A DNA stretch of 64,000 nt, from the NCBI GenBank assembly GCA_040437565.1, contig JBDOQK010000034.1, forward strand, positions 310,001 to 374,000, in the 5' to 3' direction. The position numbers were made by a program, and so were the translations under genes. Source of the stretch: Albugo candida (Eukaryota). The notes below the pieces were generated by a model. The model was given only the letters and a program-made list of their open reading frames with translations, was not told the origin of the DNA and searched no databases. The stretch's first letter is position 1, and each line of letters starts with the position of its first letter. Positions 37,289-49,170 of this stretch are shown here, piece by piece.

Positions 37289-40200
37289 TTTCTCTCTACT
37301 TCTAGAACTTTCAGTACGAATGAAAGGTCGAAAAGCTTCCATCTTAGGTTCGGATGCCACCCTTTTTTGAATAACACCGGGACATCTTCCAGCAGAATGC
37401 TTGCAGGTTCCCAGCTATTCTCAGCCGCATCCAAACCAATCCATTGGACTAGAGCCTCCCACTGATGTGTATCTGGATTGATACGGCATTCCAGAAATTT
37501 TTGTACCAAATGACCATCATTTGCAAACACCACGTAGGCTTTCAAGTCTTGCATAATTTCCATTTCTCGCTCGTAGAATTTCAATCGTGTGACATGCCGG
37601 TTAATGATAGCAAACGGTTCAACCAACTCTTGTGTGTCGTAAGTCCACCCGTTTAAGGTTTCCCGTGGCCGGTAAGGCCCCTTTCAATGTAACATGAGCT
37701 TGTTTGTTCGTCGTATAACATTTCCAGAGAGAGCAAAATCCCCAGTCTCGAAATTACCGGAGACACGCCGTGTTTTTTGCTGTGTCGACGTATCCCAGCG
37801 TCGTTTTTCTTCTTTGCCACGGTGGACACTCGTTGATACATGCCGTCCAGCGTAGCTTACAACGTCTCAATATGCTTCTGCTGCGTGTCATTAAGGCTTT
37901 GTTTCGTACACGAGAAAAAATGCCTTCCTGAGGTGGTTGGTATAGTACAATGATAGAATCCTGTCGCGGCAATCCATTGAAAAATATGACCGGGGCAATT
38001 CCACCCAGTATACTGGATCGAAGCTGATTTAACATGGACTGGCACAGATACAGTAACTGTGGCCCATATTCTATCCGCTGTTTACGCTCTCTCAGTAGAG
38101 ACCGCATGACTTTAAGCACCTGACGATTCATAACTTCCAACCCACGGGCAATACGCCGTGACGAAATGGTGTTTAGAAACCAACACTTTTTGTACTTGCT
38201 CCCTGGCTTCGGTTTTGAAATGAGAGCCTTGATCCGATACCCACCATAGAACCACACCATACCGCTTAAACCAGTCTAGGAGCGCCAGGATGGTAACGTC
38301 CGTGTTCACCATTCTTGTTGGTATCAGCTCGCAGAATTCACTCATCCCATCCTCCAATACCAGTACGTAGCAGAATCCATTCAATCCTTTAGACATGGTC
38401 AAAAAATCAAAGTGCAGTATTTCATTCGGTTTGGTTGCTCGTAGCGTCTCTCCATAAGGTCTTGGAAACATTACTCCATTCGCCACCAAACAATGTAAGC
38501 AATTTTTCACAGACTCTTTCACATCTGAATCCATTGTCGTCCACACGACATGTTTTGCTAGTATGCCTAATGTTGTAGCCCTTCCACTATGGCCTACTGA
38601 GCCCGCATGAGCTAGGACAGAAAGCCTTTTTGTAAGCTGATAGCTGCATCTGGTATCCATATACGTTTTCTATTATCCACTCATATGGATCTCTCGACAT
38701 CCTGTACCAAATCCCGATAGATAAGGTGCTTGCGCACTTTTTCCTGTATCTTCCTGGTTTCATCCAAGGAAGGCCATTCAAAATGTTCATTTTCAAGCGG
38801 AGAGACGTCTTCGACCATGGCTAGTGCACAGCATTTTGGTGCTATTTGCTTAACCAATTCCTGTTTAGGGCTCCCCCATCATGATAATAAATCCACCATA
38901 CGTTTATTTCACCGACCACATGCTCCACATATAGCGAAACATTTTTAGAACCATGGCCCAACGTTGTAGCTTGTCCGCTCTGTAGCGATCCAAAGTGCCA
39001 TCAGCACTATGTGGATCGAAAATGAATTGTAAATTGCGGTGGTAGCTGAATATGTGAAACCCTTTCCTCTCAACAACAGATAATCCAATCTTTTGCATGT
39101 TTCCACTATCGCATATGCTTCCTTTTCAATAGTTACCCACCTCAACATCAAAACTTTGAAGGATCCACTTAGAAGTGCCAACAGGAAATGATTTTGCTCC
39201 GACCTTGGTTTAGAGCTGCCCCCTGGGGCCAGCTACGTAATTATAACTTCCCAATGGTCTTGTGATGCATCCGTGTACATGCAGACTTCCCAGGTATCTT
39301 TTTGGTGAGCCGTGAGTACCATCGCTACTAGCGCTGCTTTCACCATTTGCAGACATTGGTCTTGTTTCATACTCCAGCCGTGGTCTTTCAAAGAGACGTG
39401 GAGAAGTTTCCGCTTCTTTCTACTTCCTGCAGCTCTAGTTGCAATTTCCAGGACGTCATGCAAATCCTGTACCAGTGCGGTATACTTCAATATGCTGTTT
39501 CGCATCCAGTTTACAGCACATAGAGATTGCTGAAGTTCGGCTGCAATCTCCGGAGTTTCGAGTTCACACAGTCCCTGAAATCGACTTGCGCAATGACTGA
39601 TCCCTGCTTTTGAGATTTCCTTTGCGCACCATATTGTGGAATAGGTGAGGAATGTGCATTTTGCTGGATTCAGTTTCACCCCCTATTCCTCATACTGCCG
39701 TAAAACTATCTCCAATGTCTCCAAAAGCTATGACATACGTCTCGGCATACCCTAGAACATCATGCAACCATACTTGTACTCCCTATCCCATACTGGCTTC
39801 ATAACATGCTCGGCCACATGTTGCACGTAAGCCACTGCATCTGTTGACCCCATGATCACTCTATTCGCCGTGAATAAACCGCCTGGGGTTACCACTGTGA
39901 AATAGTCATTGCTGGTCTCATCGAGAGGTAGTTGCCAGTAAATACGGAAACACTTCAGCGAAAAATAACACGTTGATCCTTCCAATTGAGCCGAAACTAC
40001 CTCCAAATGCGGCATTGTCCACGCCATAGGTACTGTTACTGCATTGATGGCACGTAAATCCAGTGTCATGCGATACTCACCGACTGCCTTCATTGCCACG
40101 ATTCGAGGGGCACTTCCCCATCGTAGATCTGGGTTTCAGAAAACCAAATTACGGTTCACCAGTTCCGCCAAATGTTTTTTTCAAATAATCTTTGTGCAAA

Positions 40201-41294
40201 GGTGGGTATCGTATACATTTTGCCATGATGGGAGTTTATCCTTCTTTTAGTTGTACTCGAAGAGGAGCGACTGTCGCTGGAGAGTCCGCTGCAAATTCCA
40301 CCAGGGAAACATCTTTGCACTTTTAAATTTGCTGTCTAGTGCACAAGTGNNNNNNNNNNNNNNNNNNNNNNNNNNNNNNNNNNNNNNNNNNNNNNNNNNN
40401 NNNNNNNNNNNNNNNNNNNNNNNNNNNNNNNNNNNNNNNNNNNNNNNNNCGATACTCACCGACTGCCTTCATTGCCACGATTCGAGGGGCACTTCCCCAT
40501 CGTAGATCTGGGTTTCTGTAAACCAAATTGTGGTTCACCAGTTCCGCCAAATGTTTTTTTCAAATAATCTTTGTGCAAAGGTGGGTATCGTATACATTTT
40601 GCCATGATGGGAGTTTATCCTTCTTTTAGTTGTACTCGAAGAGGAGCGACTGTCGCTGGAGAGTCCGCTGCAAATTCCACCAGGGAAACATCTTTGCACT
40701 TTTAAATTTGCTGTCTAGTGCACAAGTGATATTCACACTGCACCACACGAAGAGTAAATTTAACGCAACATTCATACTACCTCCAGCCTTCTTCGCTCTT
40801 TCAACGAACTCCCAGCCACTCAACCCAGCACTCAGCCCGGTTCACACCAGTCCTCAAACCTTCTCCAGCGTTCTACAGCTCGCGAAATCCGCTACAACTT
40901 TTGCGAATCTTCGTACAGTCCGCTGCAACTTTTGCCAATCTCTGCGAAGCCCGCTACAACACTTTCCAGTCTTCGCAAAACCGATCTTACCAATCTTATT
41001 GGTGGAACTCAGCTTCGCTTACTTTCATTGGCGGAACCCTCTCTTACCAACCATCCTAGTTGGAGCCTCTATTCTCAGTGGAGAACCCTTATTTTGTGAT
41101 TCTTATACGTGATTATACAAGGGATAACATGGCTCCAGCAAAGACCCCNNNNNNNNNNNNNNNNNNNNNNNNNNNNNNNNNNNNNNNNNNNNNNNNNNNN
41201 NNNNNNNNNNNNNNNNNNNNNNNNNNNNNNNNNNNNNNNNNNNNNNNNGAACCCTTATTTTGTGATTCTTATACGTGATTATACAAGGGATAAC

Positions 41295-43163
41295 ATGGCT
41301 CCAGCAAAGACCCCGCAGTCCAATGTGGACATAGCATGGCGCAATACTTTCCGCCAATCCAACCCGCACCGATTACGCTATGTACCCAGCGATGATCTCT
41401 TTCAAGCAATTGAGGATGCGGTTGCGTCCAATGCGTCGCCTGACACCTTCCGCATGCTTGCCTTACGAGAGGTGCAAAAATCACGTATCGATCCTTGTGA
41501 GAAGATCGAAATGTTCATTCCGGCCCCGCGGTTGACGGCAACGTTTCGCCTCGACGAAATACTTCTCTCGCTCCATCAGGAAGCGCAAACAGCCACTTGG
41601 ACGATGGCGTTGGACTCACTTTGCGACTTTGTGAGCATCAAAAACCGCGGGCTTAAGTTCCACTGCCTCGACAAAGCGGTGGCTCAGAAACTTGGCGGCA
41701 CGGCCATTCGATGCATGGGAAAACAATTTCTCGTGCAACCATACCGTCGATTTGGCGACTGGTACTTTGTGGAACTCAACAAGGTACCTATGGGTCTGTC
41801 AGATGACGCGATAGCGGGCTACTTTGAGCCCATGGGCATACCATTCATGCTCACGCCCAGCACCAAACCAGGGCTAATCGACTCCAGGGACAGAGTCGTT
41901 TGGTTTCGGTCCAAAACTGCGCCGGTCCGACTATTCTCCGCGGACCGTCAACCTCTACGGGAGATCTCCTTTCCTGATTTTCCGGATCCGGTTTATGTCC
42001 ACCACAAAAGTAGGGCATACAATCAAGTTACGCCACCTTCGATAGTGGCGAAGAAGGCGGCGGCGAAAGTGGCAAAAGGGTTCCAGCCATCAAAAAATAT
42101 CCTTCGCCATATCGATCTTGAGCAGTCCCAGCCTGCGGCAATCATCACTCCCGCGCCCGAACCACCCTTGACGTGCCCTACTGTCAAGGATTCCTTCGAT
42201 ACGTGGTCTCAGGTATCGAAACAGATCAACTGCCGAGCACCACCACCACTTCCTCAGGGCAAAGTAGTGGATATCATGGCATGCACAGAAGAAGAGGAAG
42301 CCTTCTTCGATCTCCCAATCACCCCAACCGGTTATCAACTTGCTTTCTCGCCATTGGAAGACGACGAAGGCAACGAAATAACTTGTGTCGTGACGGTTGA
42401 AGACTGTGGCGTTGTTCGAAGCAACCCCCTCTACCCCATAGACCCAGTTGCTCGCATGCTGGAAGAGCAGTGTCTCCATACCGATCCCAGGAAACTGCTC
42501 AACAAAGCCCACCGAAGAAGCCATATCGCGGCAACTCAAGTGGTCTTCATGGAGCTCAAAGATCCGGAAACCCGTTTGGCAGCCATTGCGGCCCAACCCA
42601 CCATTATCGCTCCAGTATTTCAGGCACCTTCTCTCGCTCAACATATCATGGTTCCTGACCATGCCATTTTGCGGGCTATCAGTTCCGGTTCTAGTGAACA
42701 TTATGGTGACTCTTCGAGCTTGGTTTCTCGCATCACTCATCATTATGACGATACTATTCCGACACAGGCCGAGCTGTTCGCGGACCTTTTCCCTGGAGAC
42801 GAAGCCCAGACGTTAGCCTTGGCTTTGGCTTCATTCGATTTATACCTCCGCGCTTATGGATCCACCCTCTATATGGATCCAGTCAGTGTAGCTGCTCTCA
42901 TCAACGATGATCAGCCCGGGTATCTCAAACATAGTCCCTTTCTCCTTTGGGATGATCGTGTACTCATGGCTCTTGCCGCGGAATTAAGTAGTCATCTGCT
43001 TTCCACGGCACCCAAGTACATTGGGGATGCTTGTAGTCTTCTAGGCTACACACTTTCTTGCGCCGACGATCTTATGGAGAAATCAGGCATGGACTCTACG
43101 ATGGACCTCAGCGATGCTACCGACCTAGTCGGCCGCACTACCATGGATTCCACTCGACTCTAA
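41295..43163 (+). CDS. LINE ORF1, intact, 622 aa
   Basis: ATG at 41295 (MAPAKTPQ) to TAA at 43163. It has an RRM-like segment WYFVELNKVPMGLSDDAIAGYF and a Pro-rich linker, with no CCHC knuckle. Confidence 0.8.
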   Translation: MAPAKTPQSNVDIAWRNTFRQSNPHRLRYVPSDDLFQAIEDAVASNASPDTFRMLALREVQKSRIDPCEKIEMFIPAPRLTATFRLDEILLSLHQEAQTATWTMALDSLCDFVSIKNRGLKFHCLDKAVAQKLGGTAIRCMGKQFLVQPYRRFGDWYFVELNKVPMGLSDDAIAGYFEPMGIPFMLTPSTKPGLIDSRDRVVWFRSKTAPVRLFSADRQPLREISFPDFPDPVYVHHKSRAYNQVTPPSIVAKKAAAKVAKGFQPSKNILRHIDLEQSQPAAIITPAPEPPLTCPTVKDSFDTWSQVSKQINCRAPPPLPQGKVVDIMACTEEEEAFFDLPITPTGYQLAFSPLEDDEGNEITCVVTVEDCGVVRSNPLYPIDPVARMLEEQCLHTDPRKLLNKAHRRSHIAATQVVFMELKDPETRLAAIAAQPTIIAPVFQAPSLAQHIMVPDHAILRAISSGSSEHYGDSSSLVSRITHHYDDTIPTQAELFADLFPGDEAQTLALALASFDLYLRAYGSTLYMDPVSVAALINDDQPGYLKHSPFLLWDDRVLMALAAELSSHLLSTAPKYIGDACSLLGYTLSCADDLMEKSGMDSTMDLSDATDLVGRTTMDSTRL

Positions 43164-43184
43164 GCAACCTTGGACTTTCTCCGG

Positions 43185-46100
43185 CCTTTCCCTTAATGTG
43201 AATGGTCTGAATCAAGTCAACACGTAATGACGTGGGACTAATCTTCCCGTCAAATCACCCCTTCGGCCCCATGATCAATATCACCTCCCGACACATCACG
43301 AGCGCATATCAAAGCCGCTACATGATTATCGACACTTCCTTGGAACAGCAACACGTGTAAATACATGTGATCTATGCGCCTGCTCAGCTTGCCGCAAGGA
43401 AAACCTTCTTTGAATCTCTCCCAACTACCTTCCCGGAAGGTATTCAGCATATCGTCTTAGGGGATTTCAACGTTCCCATTGACCCTGCCCTGGATTCCGG
43501 AGCATCTCAACACAAGTGTCCGACTTCCGATTTACTACAGCAATGGATTCTTTGCTTGGGACTTGTCGATGCTTGGCGCTCGACTTAATCCACGACACAA
43601 GAATTCACGGGACCTGGTCGCCGTAATCGTATCGAGTACTGCTTCCTCTCGCCGGATCTCTTCTCGAACAACCTGGTACGGATCAAGCACAACTTCACCG
43701 ATCAATACCATCATGCCGATCACTTGCCACTCACTTTTCAACTTCGACATGCCGCTTACCCGACTTGTACTCGCCTTCCTTGGAAATGCCCCACATGGCT
43801 ATTGCGGGATCCCGAAGTACAAGCCGCATTACAGTCCAACTTAGCGGTCTTTTTGGACCGACTCAGGACCGGCGCAGACGATAATCCCGGGGCCTTGTTC
43901 GACGAACACAAGAGGACCGACTTACTGTACCTTCGCCGTCAATTCCGAATTATCAAGGATCGCAAGAAGCAACGTCTCGCCAAGCTTCGTCAAGATACTC
44001 ATGACGCTGCTCAACTTGCCATTACCGACCCTACGCCGATCAATACGGAAGAAGCACGAAGACTCAAAGCCAATCTTCATGATGAAGAAACACGACGGAG
44101 AACACTAGGTTCCTGGCATCACTTCGACAACGATATCCGATTCAGCGAAAAGGCCACCAAAGCTTTTCTTCGCCCACCTGCACCCATCTTACGACAAGTT
44201 TGCATCCCTTCGGCACAACGACCTGATGGATCTCAGGCTACCGATCCTGATGAAATGGCTAGAATTCATCGGGACTATTGGGCGCAGATATTTCAATCCA
44301 CTTCCAACGAAGACTCTTCCAGTGTTCGCTTTCGCCAACATGATCCGGTCGAGCTTCAATCCCTTCTTCGACATACCACCCCAAAACTTACAGATCAAGA
44401 TAGAGCCTACCTCGACGCACCGTTCACAGCAAACGACTTTTACTGGGCAATCAAGACATCACTCCGCAACAAAGCTCCTGGTTATGATGGCCTTCCAGTG
44501 GAATACTATCAACTTTTCATCTCAACTTGGGCAATCGTCTTCGAGTTAGTTTACTCCGCACAACTTTCGAAAGGACGCCTCACCAAGTTTCAACGACGAG
44601 CAACGGTTACTCTCCTATACAAGAAGGGTGACCGCAGCATACCCAGCAACTACCGACCCATCACCTTACTCAACCACGACGCAAAGCTCGGTCCGAAGAT
44701 CCTCGCCTTTCGCCTTCGCAAAGTTCTACCGAAGCTACTACACACCGATCAAAGTGGCTTTGTGCAAGGCAGATCGATTCGACATGCATTAGTGCGGTTC
44801 CAAGACATCCAACAACTTTGCCGGCTTCGGTTTCCCGATGCTGGCGCCATCTTATTGGACTTCGCCAAGTCGTTTGATAGTGTGTTGTGGCCTGCCCTTC
44901 ACACTATTTTACACCATTTTGGCTTTGGAGCGACGTTCCGTTCATGGATCAAGACCTTCTACCAAGATAAACTTATTGCTATCATGGTAAATGGTCGCGC
45001 GAGCAAGCTTTTTCAACTCGGCAGCGGAGTACGCCAAGGTGATCCCCTTTCACCTTCGCTCTTTGTGCTCTTCTTGGAGCCTTTTTTGGCTTATCTCCGC
45101 GCAACGACCGGTCATCTTGGCATTCTGATACCAGGATCATCAACGACTCAACACCTTTCGGCGTTTGCGGACGATTGTACCGGCATGCTGAGAGACCTCC
45201 GCGACACGCCCAAATTTATGGCCCAAGTCAAACACTACGCAATGGTGGCCGGTCTCCAACTAAATGCGTCAAAGACTCAATTATTTGGTTTCCGCCCTCC
45301 TTCATCGGCCTTAATGGAATCTCTGGCGTTGCTTCCGGAACCGTTTTCATCGGTTAAAGCTCAAGTAACCTTCCTTGGGGTGGAAGAGTATCAAGACTTC
45401 AACACACAACGACGATTCCTTCCCCTTCTCTCGAAGCTTCAAGCAAGATTAGTTGCCTGGCGCTTCCGAGGCAGGACTTTACATGGACGCGCGATTATTC
45501 TTCGGACTTTCGTTCTTCCACTCTTATGGTACCCTGCAGCAGTTACTCCTCTACCACCTTCGGTTATCGACTCGGTATGGAAGTTATGCAAGCGTTCCTT
45601 TTTCAAAGACCACTCGACCTCAGTAGCGCAAGCATTGGGCCAATGCATTCCAACTGGATCACCTTGCCGACTTCAAAAGGCGGCTTAGGCCTTCCCTGCA
45701 TACAGAGCTTCTCCCGAGCAATGCATCTCTGCCTACTACGGGATGGTATTAAGGGTAGTGCGACATGTGAAGCGCCTTCAGGGTTTTTACCAGCACTCGA
45801 ATTTATGTCTCACGCCCTTCAAGGTACAGGTGTGGGTTTGGATATCCTTTACTCTTCCATTCATCTTTCCAGTATTCCTCAATCTCGATGGTCTTGCCTT
45901 GGTTCCCTTTGGTATGCGACATTCCAACAGTGATATCGCCTACTTCGGAGTCCTTCGAACACGACCACACATCTATCCGACCAATTACAGGCACCTATAT
46001 GGCGCCATTATCGGCGTGTATTTGGAAGCGCACAAAGACCTTTGGAATATGCCAGCATCCACGCCAAGTTGTTATACCAGCAAGGATACCAGCATCTTTC

Positions 46101-47019
46101 CGATTTCATTTGCCGCCATGGTACATTGCCCACTCACAGCGTCTTGCAGGAAGCATTCCCGCGAATAGCGTTTCCGCGTCTTCGGGACTATACTGCGACT
46201 GTCAACCTTTTCAAGACCCCCATCGAGAAAATCAGCCACAATATCACCCCGACTTATGGACCCATGTTGCCTCAACCTATCGCCGCGGCCTTCCAGCCGT
46301 GGTCGTTCATGGACACACCTTTCGTCAAAATCAGCAATCAACGACTCTATTGAATGCTGCACCGTCTCCCAAGGATCGTGGCACCGCCCGATAAGGCGTT
46401 GGAAGTTCAATCTCCTACTCAGTGGAACGCTATGTGGAAGCGCGAAAGGACCTTTAACCAGGATGTGCTTCCCGTTTTCGCTGACCTCAAGTTCCGATTA
46501 CAACACAATGGATTACGTCTTCGCTACAAATATCGCTACCATACCTCCGATATATTGTGCTCTCATGGTTGTGATTCACCAGAAACAGCAAGACATTTAT
46601 TTTGGGAGTGTTCCTTGGCGTCAAAGCTTTGGTCCTTCTCCCAATTTAAAATCTTCTCGTGCATCGATGGACCACTCACATGGGATACTGTTGTTTATGG
46701 CACCAACTTAGTACTTTCACCACCAGTTTCTCAGCGATATGGTTCTCACAATATCCTTCGCATACTCAGCGTCTATCGCTGCGTCATTCTCCGAACGCTA
46801 TGGCTTACCCGCAATGACGCTATTTTCAAGCATCAAGTCGCGTGTTCTACCCAACTCTACAGTATGGCAAGGTGCTACCTTATCGCCCACATTCGTCGAC
46901 TGAAACAAATTTCGTCTTCGAACAATGGGCTTATGGCTTTGAGTGATTATTGCCTAGCAGCTCTCTTGCCGGTGCACTTACTAACGATGATTTCCCCGCA
47001 CTTAGCGCTACCACCATAG
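43185..47019 (+). pseudogene. LINE ORF2 (APE endonuclease, RT, C-terminal zinc finger), disrupted
   Basis: Motifs SLNVNGL, IYAP, LGDFN, HADH; KAPGYDGLP, NYRPITLLNHDAK, LDFAKSFD, GVRQGDPLSP, FADD; C-terminal CSHGC...HLFWEC. It has in-frame stops and frameshifts, and the usual LQET segment of the endonuclease appears deleted. Confidence 0.9.
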
Positions 47020-48978
47020 GCTTCGTAAAACTCGACTTCGCCAAATATTGGTTTCGTCACTCTTGCTTCCACCGACTTTGGTTTTACCAGTTTGGTTCAA
47101 TCAACATTGGAGTAACCTGAAAGGAGTACAATACTGTACTCCTTTTGTCATAAGCGTCTGGGTGGGTGTCACAATAAACCCAGCACTCTATTAAGTGCTG
47201 GGGTTAGGGCTCCGAACTTACGCGCATAACAGTAGGTTGTTGCACCTATAGTGTTAGTTTTTTAACAAGTGTAATGAAATTTGACAAACCAGGGAAACAT
47301 CTTGGAATTATGAAAACAGCTCCTTTAGCCTTTTAATTGATTCTGGATTTGAGCCTACCTTTTCTGTATCCCCAAGCTTTTCTTCCAATACTTTTTGAAT
47401 GATTTCCGTTTGGCTGGTTAGCTTCCCCATTTCTGGTGTATATAAAGATGTTTTATTTTCATCGTTGATACTATCCATGTCTTCATACCGCTTTTCTTCA
47501 CAGCGGTGCAGAAACTTACACACAGGCGATTTGGGCGGTGTGGCATCCTGCGGATTCCATATCGCTTTTTCTACCTCGCTCCATCCAGGATGGCTATAAC
47601 TGATTACCCCATTTTCTCCATCAACTCCCTTTCCAGAATCGGGGATAATGACTTATCCTCTTCATTTACCAATGCTTCTAGGTTTCTCCAGATAAGTGGT
47701 CCACCACTAGTTTTGAACTCGACGCAGTTCAGTAGTACATCTCTTTTCACCCACAACGGAGTACTACCCACAGTACCTATCCTCAGGGGCCGTTTCAGCT
47801 CCTTCACGCGTAGAGACGTTTTTGACGACAGAATGTTTACCAAACCCACTGATATGATACGGCAATCCGAGTGATATTTTCTATTCCATTCGCCGTAGCA
47901 ATGACCCCCCCCCCGCTGTCTCCACATTCCGACACTTTCTTCACTCGTATTTATCCTTCACATTGTTTTCCCGGGAAATCTCCGCTGATTCAACATCAAC
48001 TCCGCTTCACCCGGTGCACATGATGGACAATTTCGAACAGAGTGTTTCGTACTATCACACTTCAGACACTTGAATCTTTGTGACCTGCTTGTACCAAAAT
48101 CCATAACTCTCTCGCTATTCTCTTTTGGAAAATTTCTTCGTTGGATTGTCTTATTTTGGTTTGCCTCTTTGAAATCCTCTCTTGGTGGGTACTTCTTCGT
48201 ATCGCTTTCGTCTCTCACTCCATGAAAATTTTTAATAGATCCTGACACCATTTGCGCAACACCACATGATTTCTTTTTTTACTTTCATGCAGGTCCATCT
48301 CCAATTTTTCGACAACTTTGCGTTTGAACGCTGGTGGTTCCAATGAATCAACCATCCACTTGACGATTCTTTCGAATCCACCTGCTCCACGTACTCCTGT
48401 ACACCGTGCTGATCCAGTATTCTGTAAATCTAATTCCGCTAGCGAGATATTCTAAGGTCATACCTAGCCTTATCCTGCGCATTTCTGTGTCTATTTTCGT
48501 TAAATCCACGCAATCGGGCTGTTCTCTTTCCCGGAAGGAGTTGATCCAATCTTGCTCGGTGATTTCTTCGGGATCCTTTTCCATCTCGAATCTCATAATC
48601 TGATCCTTTTGCCAAACGTCCACGCAGGCTGATACCGGCATTATAAACGGCTTGTTGATGCAGGTTTCATAGGCGAGCAGCGTGTTGTAATATTTTTGAT
48701 CGTCCTTTACGAATTTGCGCTTTTCCTTGGACGTTTCCCTTTGTAAATCGGATGTCGTGGAAGTTGGGGCGCGTTTGCTATCCGACGATCTCCGGAAACG
48801 TCCGCCATTTCGATGTCCTCTGTCATCCTACGAACACGTTCTTCAGTCAACTCTCCAAAGAGCGTTCCAGACGGGTCGCGTCTTCGCAACCCTCGCCTTG
48901 TTCGTGGTCTTCCGCCTCTGGTACGATTCGTCTGAGCTCCTCGTATACGTCTTCGTTTGTATTCATAATCTTCACCAA

Positions 48979-49170
48979 TAACAAACGTTTTTATTTCAAA
49001 ACTTATTCTACAGAAATCACTGCTTAGACCGCCAACAGCTTCGGGGTTGTTCGACTCCGATAAGTGCAAAATCAAAAGTGTATTATTCAAGATCCTCTCC
49101 GGTACCGGTTTTTATGAAAAGATATGAGAGATACGCGTGACCTAAGCTTGGGATCGATACCAGCCCATCA
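48979..49170 (-). repeat. Gypsy 5' LTR
   Basis: Partner of 37107-37288, next to the PBS-like TGG motif. The ~35-40 nt at its U5 end differ from the other LTR. Confidence 0.8.

Larger units (their letters stand above)
40695..47287 (+). mobile_element. Full-length L1/Tx1-like LINE (~6.43 kb after removing the gap overlap) inserted antisense into Gypsy pol
   Basis: Perfect 16-bp TSD ACCAGGGAAACATCTT at 40679-40694 and 47288-47303. Removing the LINE restores Gypsy ...FQDVSLVEFAADSPATVAPLRVQL. It has a 5' UTR, ORF1, ORF2 and 3' UTR. Confidence 0.93.
37107..49170 (-). mobile_element. Full-length but decayed Ty3/Gypsy LTR retrotransposon with a chromodomain (~5.1 kb without the nested LINE and gap overlap)
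   Basis: TG...CA ends with 5-bp TSD GTCAT (37102-37106 and 49171-49175). Order on the minus strand: gag with zinc knuckle CLKCDSTKHSVRNC; RT (YRMTLDLRAIN, YWQLPL, KLNPAKC); RNase H (YTDAS, IEKEAYAI); integrase (HAGSVGH...CLHC, LHFDFL, WVSDQGSHF); chromodomain (VQWIGLDAAENSWEP). PPT at 37289-37300; PBS-like TGGTGAAGAT near 48968-48977. Confidence 0.93.
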
